From Vicinamibacteria bacterium (GTDB taxonomy: Bacteria > Acidobacteriota > Vicinamibacteria > Marinacidobacterales > Marinacidobacteraceae), in contig CAXXLQ010000004.1 in the NCBI GenBank assembly GCA_963668695.2, positions 3,040,001 through 3,104,000 of the forward strand: a stretch of 64,000 nucleotides of DNA. Direction: 5' to 3'. How positions within the stretch are numbered: position 1 is the first letter of the stretch; every line of letters starts with the position of its first letter. Of this stretch, positions 32,709 to 41,764 are shown one piece after another. Both the position numbers and the translations under genes were made by a program. The notes under the pieces are model-generated. The model saw nothing but the letters and a program-made list of their open reading frames with translations. It was not told where the DNA came from and made no database searches.

Positions 32709-34129
32709 ACCGGGGGGAGTTCCTCGTGCCAGGCGGTGCGCTCTTGATAGGCATGGGCGACCTGAAGGAGGCGCGCCTCGGAGAACGGCGGTCCGTAGAT
32801 CTGGAGAGCGAGCGGCCGTTTGGGGGCCTCGGCGGAGAACCCGCAACCCATCGTGAGGCCGGGGTATCCGGTCATGTTGCCGATGAAGGTGTTCCCGGGG
32901 CGGGTCGTCAGTTCATCCGGATCGGTTCCGGCCCGAACATCGCTCCCGGCTGCTTCTTCGGATCGCAGACGATCGGCAGGTGAGAACGAACTGGGCACGA
33001 TCATCACGTCGCAGTTCCGGAAGACCTCGGCCATTTCCTGCTGGAGGATGGTCCGCACCCGGAGGGCCTTGATGTAGTCGGTGGCCGGGTAGAACTTGGC
33101 CACTTCCAGGCGCTCGCGCACCAGCGGGTCAAGATCCTCGGGCTGCTCGGCGAGCCGTTTTTCGTGAAACGTCGCGGCCTCCGCCATCGCAACGATCCAG
33201 CCCGCGCTCCCCGCGAGTTGGGCGTGCGGCACCTCGACCTCGACGATCTCCGCGCCATCCGCCGTCAACAGCGCGATTGCGGTGTGGACGGCCTCCTGGA
33301 CTTCTGGCGTCGCGGCATCGAAGAAACCCGACCCCGGAACTCCGATCCGGAGGCCGGACACGTCGGGAGTGAGTCCCGCGAGGTAGTCGGGCACCGGTTG
33401 GTCGGCCGCGGTGAGATCCCGAGGATCGGCGCCGGCGATCGCGCCGAGCATGGCCGCAGCGTCCCAGGCGGTCCGGGTCATCGGGCCAGCGTGGTCGAGG
33501 GTCCAACTGAGGGTGGTGACTCCGAACCGGCTGATGCGCCCGTAGGTCTGTTTGAGGCCGATGATGCCGCAGGCGGCGGCCGGACCGCGGATGGACCCCC
33601 CGGTGTCGGTGCCGATCGAGAGCGGCACGAGGCGCGCCGCGAGCGCCGCTCCCGACCCGGACGAAGATCCCGAGGGGGTGTAGTCGGTGGCCCAGGGATT
33701 CCGCGCCGGGCCGAACCCGGAGAGCACCCCACTTCCCATTGCGAACTCGAGCAGGTTGAGCTTGCCGACCAGAATGGCCCCGGCGTCATTCAATCTCGCA
33801 GTGATCGTGGACTCGTAGTCCGGGACCCAATCTGCGGTGGCCTTCGAGCCGTTCGTCGTGAGGATGCCGGCGGTCGCGAGGATGTCTTTGGGCGCGTAGG
33901 GAATTCCGTGCAGGGGTCCGCGCCAGTTGCCGGCGGCGATTTCCGCCTCGGCTTCCCGGGCTCGCTCGCGCGCGTGGTCGCCGGTCACGGTTATGAAGGC
34001 GTTGATTGCGGGCTCCGTGGCCTCGATGTGGGCGAGGTGGGCATCCACCACTTCGACGGGTGAAAGCTCCTGACGGCGGATGCGTTCCGACAGCGACTGG
34101 GCGCTGAGCTGGCAGAGTTCGGGGATCAC
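32705..34129 (-). CDS. Amidase-signature family enzyme
   Basis: PKD, SGSSSGS, GTDTGGSIR (Lys-cisSer-Ser triad). Confidence 0.92.
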   Translation of the reverse strand: MIPELCQLSAQSLSERIRRQELSPVEVVDAHLAHIEATEPAINAFITVTGDHARERAREAEAEIAAGNWRGPLHGIPYAPKDILATAGILTTNGSKATADWVPDYESTITARLNDAGAILVGKLNLLEFAMGSGVLSGFGPARNPWATDYTPSGSSSGSGAALAARLVPLSIGTDTGGSIRGPAAACGIIGLKQTYGRISRFGVTTLSWTLDHAGPMTRTAWDAAAMLGAIAGADPRDLTAADQPVPDYLAGLTPDVSGLRIGVPGSGFFDAATPEVQEAVHTAIALLTADGAEIVEVEVPHAQLAGSAGWIVAMAEAATFHEKRLAEQPEDLDPLVRERLEVAKFYPATDYIKALRVRTILQQEMAEVFRNCDVMIVPSSFSPADRLRSEEAAGSDVRAGTDPDELTTRPGNTFIGNMTGYPGLTMGCGFSAEAPKRPLALQIYGPPFSEARLLQVAHAYQERTAWHEELPPV

Positions 34130-34131
34130 TT

Positions 34132-34449
34132 TCAGTCCCCCTCAGCTGCGGGACCCCGCGCCACGAAGAGCACGGCCGGCTCCACCAGATCTGGAATCTC
34201 GAGATCCCGGACCGCCCGGAAGAAGGCGTGATTCATCCGTACCGCCGGCAGGATCGTCGACAGACGATCAGCGGGCAGGGGATTGTCCGTCAGGCTGTTC
34301 GCGTACTCGAGCGCCGCGACCGTGGCGCCCTCGCCCGGTTTCGGGCTCGCCCCGCACCCAGCCAGGACGAGGGGCGCCGCCAAGGGGGCCACCGCGGCGC
34401 CACCCAGCAGCCGCCTACGGGTTATGGGTTTCGGATCGCGCTTGCTCAT
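34132..34449 (-). CDS. Small Tat lipoprotein, GatC/AtzG-like C-terminus
   Basis: TRRRLLGG, LAGC, VRDLEIPDLVEPAVLF; GGAGG RBS; ends 2 nt before the amidase start. Confidence 0.68.
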   Translation of the reverse strand: MSKRDPKPITRRRLLGGAAVAPLAAPLVLAGCGASPKPGEGATVAALEYANSLTDNPLPADRLSTILPAVRMNHAFFRAVRDLEIPDLVEPAVLFVARGPAAEGD

Positions 34450-34512
34450 AACGGACCTCCGTTGGCGGCAACCTCCTCCGCATTCTACCGGCGCTGTCTC
34501 CCGCGCAGTCCG

Positions 34513-34689
34513 CCAGGAGCCCGCAGTGAAATCCACGCGGCGTTCGGCCGGCGATCCATCCCGGCTGAACCGCGCCGCTCATCGTTGCGTTTCAGTCGGA
34601 ATACACCCGGTATTCCTCCCTCACGCGCCTTGTCAGCCGGGCGCCTCCCCGGCCTCGGCGCTCACGTGGGTTCCACCACAGGCTCCTAG
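34513..34689. mobile_element. MITE-like element, copy 3
   Basis: Same core; right end CCACAGGCTCCTAG; degenerate left end. Confidence 0.75.
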
Positions 34690-34722
34690 ACCCATCCGCC
34701 GGACGGGGTATCCTTATTCCCC

Positions 34723-35448
34723 GTGCTGCTTCGGGAAGCGGATCGCACGGCGGTCCGGAAACACTTCGAGGACCTCGCCGGCCCCGTTTCCGCCACTCTC
34801 TATTCCAGATACGACAGCTCGCTGGTGCTCCCCGGCCGGACGTCCTGTCCGACCTGCGGAACGACCGAAGCTCTACTTCGGGAGGTGGAAGAACTCTCGG
34901 AAAAACTCACCATCGAGGTGCGCGACGTAGATCAGGTTCCGAATGCGGCACGCGATGCCGGGATCGCTCGCCTGCCGGCGATCGAACTCACCGGCGTAGC
35001 GAAGGGGAGAGTCCGATTTCTGGGGCTTCCCGACGGCCATGAGTTCGGGTCGTTGATCACCGCGGCAACCTGGGTTTCCGGAGCACCTCTGACCATTTCT
35101 GAAGAGACCAGGGGGCAGTTGTCGATGCTTCGTCGCCCCCTCCACGTCAAGGTCTTCACCACCCCTACGTGACCCTGGTGTGCGCCGGCGGCCAGTCTGG
35201 CCGTCCAGTTCGCGGTCATTAGTCCCGAGGTGACCACCGACATCGTCATGGTTCAGGAATTTCCGGATCTGGCGCGGACCTACGCGGTGGCTTCGGTGCC
35301 GCTGACCGTGGTCGAACCGCTGGAAGACGGCGCCGGATTGGTCGGGCAGGGGACGTCGCTGCTGGGCGCGCGAGGAGAGGAAGCGTTCCTCTCCGCAATC
35401 GCTGAGGTGGGCGGAATCGGGAATTCGAATCAGGATCCGGGATCGTGA
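34723..35448 (+). CDS. Two-domain thioredoxin-fold protein-disulfide oxidoreductase, selenoprotein (UPWC)
   Basis: CPTC in domain 1; in-frame TGA 35170-35172 gives VFTTPT-U-PWC; frame continues to 35448; hairpin 35187-35205. Confidence 0.88.
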
Positions 35449-36950
35449 GCATTCATCGTCGCCGGTATCCCGGAGCCGATTGGCGGATGGACCGCCGCGG
35501 CGCGCTTCGCGTTCTCTCCGGAGGGGCGGGACTCGCTTTCGGGGTTCCCGCCTTTGGACGAGAGAAGACCCCACCGTTCTCCGAGGACTCGCTTGCCGAT
35601 CTGGACCGACGGCTCCATGCGGTACGGAGGCGATTCGGCCTGCGGCGCGCCATCGGCATTCACGTCGAAGATCTCGAGACCGGCGCACCGCTGTTCAGCC
35701 ACAACGCGGACCGAACCTACGTGCCGGCCTCCGGGATGAAGCTGCCCGTCATGGCGGCCTGCCTCCACTATCTGGGGCCGAGCTACCGCTTTTCAACACA
35801 TCTCCTGGTGAATACCCCGCCAACCGAGGCCGGAGTCATCGAAGGTCCGGTCTACGTTGTCGGGTCCGGCGACCCCAGCCTGAATCGGCACGACATGGAC
35901 TTCATCGCGGACTCCCTGGCAGCGTTCGGGATCACCGAGGTCCGTGGCGACATCATTCTGGACGACTCGTTCTTCGAAGCCCAGGAGACCGATCAGGCCC
36001 TCGTGAGCCGCCGGCTCCGTTACAAGGAGCCAATTCAGAGCGCCCTCGGCTACCACTGGAACCAGGTCGAGGTCGCCGGCGTCCCAGGCTCGGGCAATCG
36101 ACCCGACGTGCGCGACGAGGGCTATGGCTATTACACCGTCCAGAACCAGATGGTGCTCCGCAATTCCGGGCGGCCCTACATCCTGGCCCAGCGCCGGGGA
36201 ACCCGGAGGATTCGTCTGCAGGGACGAATCCTCAGGAACGGCAATGAGCGCGTCGCCCGCTTCACCGCTACCGAACCGGCCCTCTATTTCGGGTACGCCC
36301 TCAAGGGCAAACTCGTCGAGCGCGGAGTCTCGGTAACCGGGGAACCACGGCGTGGTGTGATTCCGGCGCCGGGGGACAAACTCCTTCTCTACCGCAACGA
36401 ATCGGCCCCGCTGACCCAGGTCGTGGAGGCGCTCGGCAAATACAGCAACAACTGGTCCGCCGAACAATTGCTCTTCGCCGTCGGGGCCCATCGATGGGGA
36501 CCGCCCGGAACCCGCGAGAAGGGGGTTCGAGCCACCGAGGAGTACCTCGTGGGTCTCGGCTTCCCGGCTGACACTTTCTCGGTGGACGACGGCTCGGGAC
36601 TCTCGAGAAAGAACCGTTTGAGCGCCCGCCTCCTCGTCGGAGTTGTCCGCGACCTGTATAGCCAGCCGGAGCTCCGGACCGATTTCCTGTGCTCCCTCGC
36701 CGTTTCCGGAGTGGACGGCACCCTCGCCCGCCGTCTCTGGGGCGAAGAAACCCTCGGCCGGGTGATGGCCAAGACGGGAACGCTGAGCGGCGTCAGTTCG
36801 CTCTCGGGCGTAGCCTTCCCGCTGGCCGCCGAGAACCGGGCGCTCGGGTTTTCGGTGATGACGAACGGCATCCGCAACTCGTGGAATGGCGACGCGGTCG
36901 AAAACCTGATCGCCGCCGAACTCGTTCGCTGGAACGGCGTGTCCGCCTAG
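35445..36950 (+). CDS. dacB: D-Ala-D-Ala carboxypeptidase/endopeptidase (PBP4, S13)
   Basis: PASGMK (SxxK), SNN, DGSGLSR, KTGTL. Confidence 0.92.
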   Translation: MSIHRRRYPGADWRMDRRGALRVLSGGAGLAFGVPAFGREKTPPFSEDSLADLDRRLHAVRRRFGLRRAIGIHVEDLETGAPLFSHNADRTYVPASGMKLPVMAACLHYLGPSYRFSTHLLVNTPPTEAGVIEGPVYVVGSGDPSLNRHDMDFIADSLAAFGITEVRGDIILDDSFFEAQETDQALVSRRLRYKEPIQSALGYHWNQVEVAGVPGSGNRPDVRDEGYGYYTVQNQMVLRNSGRPYILAQRRGTRRIRLQGRILRNGNERVARFTATEPALYFGYALKGKLVERGVSVTGEPRRGVIPAPGDKLLLYRNESAPLTQVVEALGKYSNNWSAEQLLFAVGAHRWGPPGTREKGVRATEEYLVGLGFPADTFSVDDGSGLSRKNRLSARLLVGVVRDLYSQPELRTDFLCSLAVSGVDGTLARRLWGEETLGRVMAKTGTLSGVSSLSGVAFPLAAENRALGFSVMTNGIRNSWNGDAVENLIAAELVRWNGVSA

Positions 36951-37313
36951 CGGCCTGTGAACAAAGTCACGCGGCATTCCCGAGCCAGAAGGGATGGTGG
37001 TCGGGTGATCCCGCCCCCCGTCCCTTCCGCTCCGGGGTCTCCGCGGTGCTCCCGCCCCGCTCCGGAAGCCCGAGTCAAGAGGGATCGGGGTCGGGTGATC
37101 CCGCCCCCCGTCCCTTCCGCTCCGGGGTCTCCGCGGTGCTCCCGCCCCGCTCCGGAAGCGACCGGCGATGCATCCCGGCTGAGCCGCGCCTCTACGAGGC
37201 GCTCATCGTTGCGCTTCGACCGAAATACTCTCGGTATTCCTTCCTCGCGCGCCTTGTCAGCCGGGCGCCTCACCGGTCTCGGTGCGCACGCCACCTTGTC
37301 CACAGGCTGCTAG
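36947..37313. mobile_element. MITE-like element, copy 4, with internal 2 x 90 bp tandem duplication
   Basis: CTAGCGGCCTGTGAAC...TCCACAGGCTGCTAG; units near 36979-37068 and 37069-37158. Confidence 0.8.
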
Positions 37314-37330
37314 CCGCGGACGGGAGAGCG

Positions 37331-38428
37331 GTGAGGGGCGTCCCCGGACTCGATCCCCCGGAATACGTCGACTGGAGCGAGGATCCGGAACTCCTCCGTG
37401 AGTTCGCGGCGGTGCCCCTGAACGACTCCGCGCGCGCTCAGATCGTTCAGGATCTCGGCGAGCCGATAAGGCTCCGCCTCTACGAAGGTCTGGTCAGGAA
37501 CCGCCTCTACGACCTTCAGTTGAAGCGGTGGGTCCGTTCCGGGGTGCTCTCCAAGGCATGGCTCGGGCCTGGCGAAGAAGCCGTGACCGTGGGGGCCTGC
37601 CACGCGTTGGAGCCGGGGGACGTGGTCGGGCCGATGATCCGCAACATCGGCGCCTTTCACGAACGGGGGATGAGTCTTGCCTCCATGTTCCGGGGAGCGC
37701 TCGGAACCGGGGACGGACCGGCACGGGGCAGGGATCTCCATTTTGGAGACCTCACGCGCGGCATCGTCGCGCCGATCAGCATGGTCGGTTCGCTGCTTCC
37801 GGTCTGCGCCGGCATGGCTCTCGCATTCCGGCTCCGGGGCGAGTCACGGGTCGCGCTGACCTGGGCAGGCGACGGCACCACCGGAACCGCGGCGTTCCAC
37901 GAAGGCATGGTCTCGGCGGTCGCGCTCAAGACCCCGCTGATCGTGGTGATTCAGAACAACCGGATCGCCCTGGGCACTCCGCTGGACGATGGAGCCGACG
38001 AACGCTTCGCGCGCCTCGGGGGCGGATACGGGATTTCCACATTGCCAGTGGATGGCAACAACGTGCTGGATGTCTTCGCGGCCACCGCACTGGCCCGGAA
38101 GGAGGCCCTGAGGCATTACCGACCCGTGTTCGTGCTTGCCGACACCTTTCGGATGGGCGGACACGCAACCCACGACGAGGGAGAGAGCCGGCGAATCCTG
38201 CCCGCCGAACTATTCGATCACTACGGGCGCCGCGATCCGGTCGGCACCTATCGAGCTTTTCTGCGGAAGGGCGGGATCGGAGGCGAGCCAGTGGCCGAAT
38301 CCGTCCTGAAGGACATCGAGGCGCGAGTCGGGGCGGAAGTCGAGAGTGCCGAACGCGAGGCGTTGGCCTCGCACCGGTTTGCGCGACCCGATCCCGCTAC
38401 GGCGGGGGAAGGGGTCTTCGCCCGCTGA
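37331..38428 (+). CDS. TPP-dependent 2-oxoacid dehydrogenase E1 alpha subunit
   Basis: GEEA, GDG...QNN TPP motif, FRMGGHATHD. Confidence 0.88.
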   Translation: MRGVPGLDPPEYVDWSEDPELLREFAAVPLNDSARAQIVQDLGEPIRLRLYEGLVRNRLYDLQLKRWVRSGVLSKAWLGPGEEAVTVGACHALEPGDVVGPMIRNIGAFHERGMSLASMFRGALGTGDGPARGRDLHFGDLTRGIVAPISMVGSLLPVCAGMALAFRLRGESRVALTWAGDGTTGTAAFHEGMVSAVALKTPLIVVIQNNRIALGTPLDDGADERFARLGGGYGISTLPVDGNNVLDVFAATALARKEALRHYRPVFVLADTFRMGGHATHDEGESRRILPAELFDHYGRRDPVGTYRAFLRKGGIGGEPVAESVLKDIEARVGAEVESAEREALASHRFARPDPATAGEGVFAR

Positions 38429-38434
38429 CGACCT

Positions 38435-38589
38435 TTAACAACCGGTGGTGAAACCCACGCGGCGTTTGCGTTTGGGTCGAAATACACCCGGTATTCCTCC
38501 CTCACGCGCCTTGTCAGCCGGGCGCCTCGCCCCCACCGGGAGAACTGGCCGGCCTCGGCACTCACGCGGGCTCCACCACAGGCTGTTAA
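38435..38589. mobile_element. MITE-like element, copy 5
   Basis: TTAACAACCGGTGG...CCACAGGCTGTTAA; same core. Confidence 0.77.
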
Positions 38590-38612
38590 CTTGGGGGCTT
38601 TTGCCCGCTGAC

Positions 38613-39050
38613 CTAAAGCCGCATCTTGGCCGGGAAGTGGTTCAGCCCGAGGCGTATAGCGGTACGGTCCGTCTGGTCCACGATCGCGGCGGCGTTGATG
38701 CCGATCGCGATGACGATCGCTTCGCTGATCTCTTCCTTGGTGGCCCCGAGTTTGAGGGCCTTCTTCACATGACCGTCGAGGCATCCCTCGCACTTGGCGA
38801 TTAGCGAGCAGGCGAGCGCGATGAGCTCCTGAATCTTCGGATCCAGATGCTTGTTCTCCGAAAAATAGGTCTCTTTGTAGAACTGACCGTAGATGGCCTT
38901 CATCCGCGGCTCGATCATCGAATACGACGTCAGCGCCGAGCCGTTGTTCTTCTGTCCGCCGCTTTTTTCTTTTTCGCCGCTCCCGCGCTGCTCCGGCTCG
39001 GAGTCGATGCCGGGGATCCGGGCCTCGGGGGCCGCTGCGTTGTCCGCCAT
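38613..39050 (-). CDS. Carboxymuconolactone decarboxylase / AhpD-like protein
   Basis: LDPKIQELIALA..CEGCLDGH..GATKEEISE; start uncertain. Confidence 0.87.
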   Translation of the reverse strand: MADNAAAPEARIPGIDSEPEQRGSGEKEKSGGQKNNGSALTSYSMIEPRMKAIYGQFYKETYFSENKHLDPKIQELIALACSLIAKCEGCLDGHVKKALKLGATKEEISEAIVIAIGINAAAIVDQTDRTAIRLGLNHFPAKMRL

Positions 39051-39166
39051 TCCGGATGTTGCCTCATGCCCGCCACTCTGGCCGGGACTTCGTCTCGGGG
39101 GGACGGCGGGTGGAGCGGCCGCTTGTCTGGCGCCGCCCGCTCAGCGCGTCGAAAAGGGAGTAACCG

Positions 39167-39655
39167 GTGAAGGTTAGCATCAGGGAAACGATGCAGACCT
39201 TTCGATGTTCCGTAGCCTTGACGGCTCCGCTCGACGCGGTCTTTGGGTTCTTTTCGAACACCAGGAATCTGGAGGTGCTGACCCCGCCGTGGCTCCGCTT
39301 CCGGGTACTCACAGAAGGAGAGATCCCGATGTCCCGCGGCACGCAGATCGACTATCGGCTGCGGCTTCGCGGTCTACCGCTCCGGTGGCGTAGCGAGATC
39401 ACCGCGTGGGAGCCGCCGCATCGCTTTGTGGACGAACAGGTAGCTGGCCCCTACCGGAGCTGGGTTCATGAACACCGCTTCGAGGCCCGCGAGCGGCCGG
39501 GCAGGGACCCGGTGGTGGTCGCTCATGATGAAGTGCACTACCAGGCCCCGGGCGGAAGGTTCGTGAACCGGTTCCTGGTTGCGCCTGACCTCGAACGAAT
39601 CTTCGCCTACCGCACCAAACGGCTGAGGGAGCGGTTCGGAACGCCCGGCGGCTGA
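39167..39655 (+). CDS. SRPBCC family protein
   Basis: NLEVLTPPW, FVDEQVAGPYRSWVHEHRF, IFAYR. Confidence 0.87.
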   Translation: MKVSIRETMQTFRCSVALTAPLDAVFGFFSNTRNLEVLTPPWLRFRVLTEGEIPMSRGTQIDYRLRLRGLPLRWRSEITAWEPPHRFVDEQVAGPYRSWVHEHRFEARERPGRDPVVVAHDEVHYQAPGGRFVNRFLVAPDLERIFAYRTKRLRERFGTPGG

Positions 39656-39774
39656 TGGCTCTCGTGGGGCGGGGGCCAGAACGACTCAACCCGGGGCAAA
39701 CGGCCGGCGCCCGCCCGCAAACCCGGGCGGGCTTCTCGGACAGGGTGCCGCGAGTGCCTTGAGAATTGCTGCTG

Positions 39775-39820
39775 CTCGCCGCCTGCGGCGGCGAGTGCCG
39801 GTCTGAAGACCGGCGTTCCC
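39775..39820. repeat. REP-like double hairpin
   Basis: CTCGCCGCC-TGC-GGCGGCGAG and GCCGGTCT-GA-AGACCGGC-GTTCCC; related inverted copy near 57624-57686. Confidence 0.6.
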
Positions 39821-39823
39821 AAG

Positions 39824-40299
39824 CCGCGCCAGCGGCTTCGGATAAGCACCGCCTCCTTCATCGGAAGTCGCGAAGGGCTGTCCTGGGTCCGGATCGTGGC
39901 TCAATCCCGATCGGAAGTCGCCCTCGCGACTTCGCATCCGCAGCCATGTCGCACCGGGGGCCCGCCCGCATATCAGGGCGCGCTTATCGGACGCCGCGCC
40001 AGCGGCTTCGGATAAGCACCGCCTCCTTCATCGGAAGTCGCGAAGGGCCGTCCTGGGTCCGGATCGTGGCTCAATCCCGATCGGAAGTCGCCCTCGCGAC
40101 TTCGCATCCGCAGCCATGTCGCACCGGGGGCCCGCCCGCATATCAGGGCGCGCTTATCGGACGCCGCGCCAGCGGTCGGACGCCGCGCCAGCGGTCTTCG
40201 GATAAGCACCGCCTCCTTCATCGGAAGTCGCGAAGGGCCGTCCTGGGTCCGGATCGTGGCTCAATCCCGATCGGAAGTCGCCTTCGCGACTTCCGATAA
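39824..40299. repeat. Tandem ~170 bp repeat (about 2.7 units) rich in XerC-arm-like half-sites
   Basis: GATAAGCACC recurs at 39841, 40011 and 40201; third unit runs into dif. Confidence 0.9.
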
Positions 40300-40316
40300 G
40301 GATGCTTATGTTAAAT
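40289..40316 (+). other. dif: dif site (XerC/XerD recombination site)
   Basis: ACTTCCGATAA-GGATGC-TTATGTTAAAT: 11-6-11 layout; right arm identical to the E. coli XerD arm; GGGCAGGG polarity flips here. Confidence 0.88.
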
Positions 40317-40358
40317 AACGAGGACAGTGAGCCGCGTCGTCCCGGAGAACAGCGGACA

Positions 40359-41258
40359 TCACCCCTGCTCGCGAAACGCCGTCACGTCGCGGTGGAAGAC
40401 GAATAGCGAATCCATGTCTTCCGACGGCGATTCGAAGTTGTAGGTTCGCCCGCCAAGCACCTTCACACGCAGGTTGTTGCTCAGGTAGTCCAGCTCGAAG
40501 CGTTCCGCCTGTGCGAACGGCAACTGGAAAGCATCCTTGTGATCCGTCCGGTAGTCGAACCCCTGGGGAGTTGCGACGAGCGTCCCTTCGCAGGATCCGA
40601 ACCGATGTTTGTGTACCACGGCCACCTTGACGTCCAGTGACGCCACCAGGTCGCCGAACACCACTCGCACCGGCACCGCTCTCCTTTCGACCGCCACCCG
40701 ACGGGAAACGATGTCGTGCCCCTCGGTAGACACCGTCAGGTTGTACTCCCCGGGCTGAAGATCCGCGATCGTGACCGGGGTGTTTCCCTTGAAGTTCCGG
40801 TCGATAAAGACGTTCGCTCCGGCGATGTCACTCTCCACGACGATGGACCCGAGCATTTCGGCGAGGGTCGCCGCCAACGAGCGGGTGCGGCCACCGCGGA
40901 TGGTGACGCTGACCTCCAGGGGATGGAAGCCTTCCTTCTCCACTCGAACCGGGTACTCACCGGCATCCAGGTCTTCCCAGGTGCCCGGAACCGTGCCAAG
41001 CACCCGGCCGTCCAGAATGACACTGGCGCCATCGGTGCCCTCGATCTGCAGGGTACCGGTGGTGGGCGGTGCCGGCGGTGGCGGCGGTGGCGCTCGCTCT
41101 GGTTCCGGCGCCTTGACCGGCGTCTCGTCGGCCGGTGCGGCTTCTTCCTCCGGGGCCGCAGGCTCCTCGCCTCCCCCACATCCTGCCAAGGCGCCGACCC
41201 CCGCCAGCAGGGCCAGTGACCCGAAGAGAATGCGCGCCCACTCAGCGAGGCGAATCAT
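40359..41258 (-). CDS. PEGA-domain lipoprotein
   Basis: LAGC lipobox; two repeats GASVILDG...G-T-P and GANVFIDRNFKGNTP. Confidence 0.85.
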   Translation of the reverse strand: MIRLAEWARILFGSLALLAGVGALAGCGGGEEPAAPEEEAAPADETPVKAPEPERAPPPPPPAPPTTGTLQIEGTDGASVILDGRVLGTVPGTWEDLDAGEYPVRVEKEGFHPLEVSVTIRGGRTRSLAATLAEMLGSIVVESDIAGANVFIDRNFKGNTPVTIADLQPGEYNLTVSTEGHDIVSRRVAVERRAVPVRVVFGDLVASLDVKVAVVHKHRFGSCEGTLVATPQGFDYRTDHKDAFQLPFAQAERFELDYLSNNLRVKVLGGRTYNFESPSEDMDSLFVFHRDVTAFREQG

Positions 41259-41760
41259 TCACGGAGCCCCCCACCTCACGGTAACCCCGGTCGTAGTAGA
41301 GAAGCGGTGCGGCGTCCTCCCGCTCTACCCTGCCCTCGGTCACCCGGCCGATGAACAGCGTGTGATCGCCCTCCCGGTGGGCGCCGACCGTGCTGCACTC
41401 GAGCCAACCGATACAGCCGGACAGTCGTGGCGGGTACCCAGCCCCGCCAGCCGCCACCGCTGCAGCAAGAGACTCGCCGAACTGATCGGCCGAGTCCAAC
41501 CCCGGCTTCGCGAAGTGGCCCGAGACGTCAGCCTGATCAGCAGCGAGAAGGTGCACCCGAAATCCCCCGGCGGCGATCGCAGCATGCGCCCGGGCGGCGT
41601 TCATGATGGAGACGAGCACTAACGGCGGTTCGAGACTCACGGGGATGAACGAACTGACGGTGATCCCTCTCGGCCCCTCTGGACCGCTCGCGGTCACGAC
41701 GGTCACAAGTTGCGGAGCGCGGCGCATCAGAGCACGAATCTCCGAGGCCGCGTCGCTCAT
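41242..41760 (-). CDS. Flavin reductase family protein
   Basis: VTVVTA, GITVSSF..VSLEPP, GDHTLFIG, PLLY. Confidence 0.92.
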   Translation of the reverse strand: MSDAASEIRALMRRAPQLVTVVTASGPEGPRGITVSSFIPVSLEPPLVLVSIMNAARAHAAIAAGGFRVHLLAADQADVSGHFAKPGLDSADQFGESLAAAVAAGGAGYPPRLSGCIGWLECSTVGAHREGDHTLFIGRVTEGRVEREDAAPLLYYDRGYREVGGSVNDSPR

Positions 41761-41764
41761 CCAG

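Noticed and set aside
32705-34129. gatA
   Set aside because: No gatB nearby and the partner gene has a Tat lipoprotein signal; called a generic amidase.
36689-37330. N-terminal extension of E1-alpha
   Set aside because: It overlaps dacB and reads through a MITE; GTG 37331 has a GGAG upstream.
39824-40299. CRISPR array, or the 177-aa ORF 39766-40299
   Set aside because: Whole units repeat with no unique spacers and no cas genes; the ORF is translated repeat.
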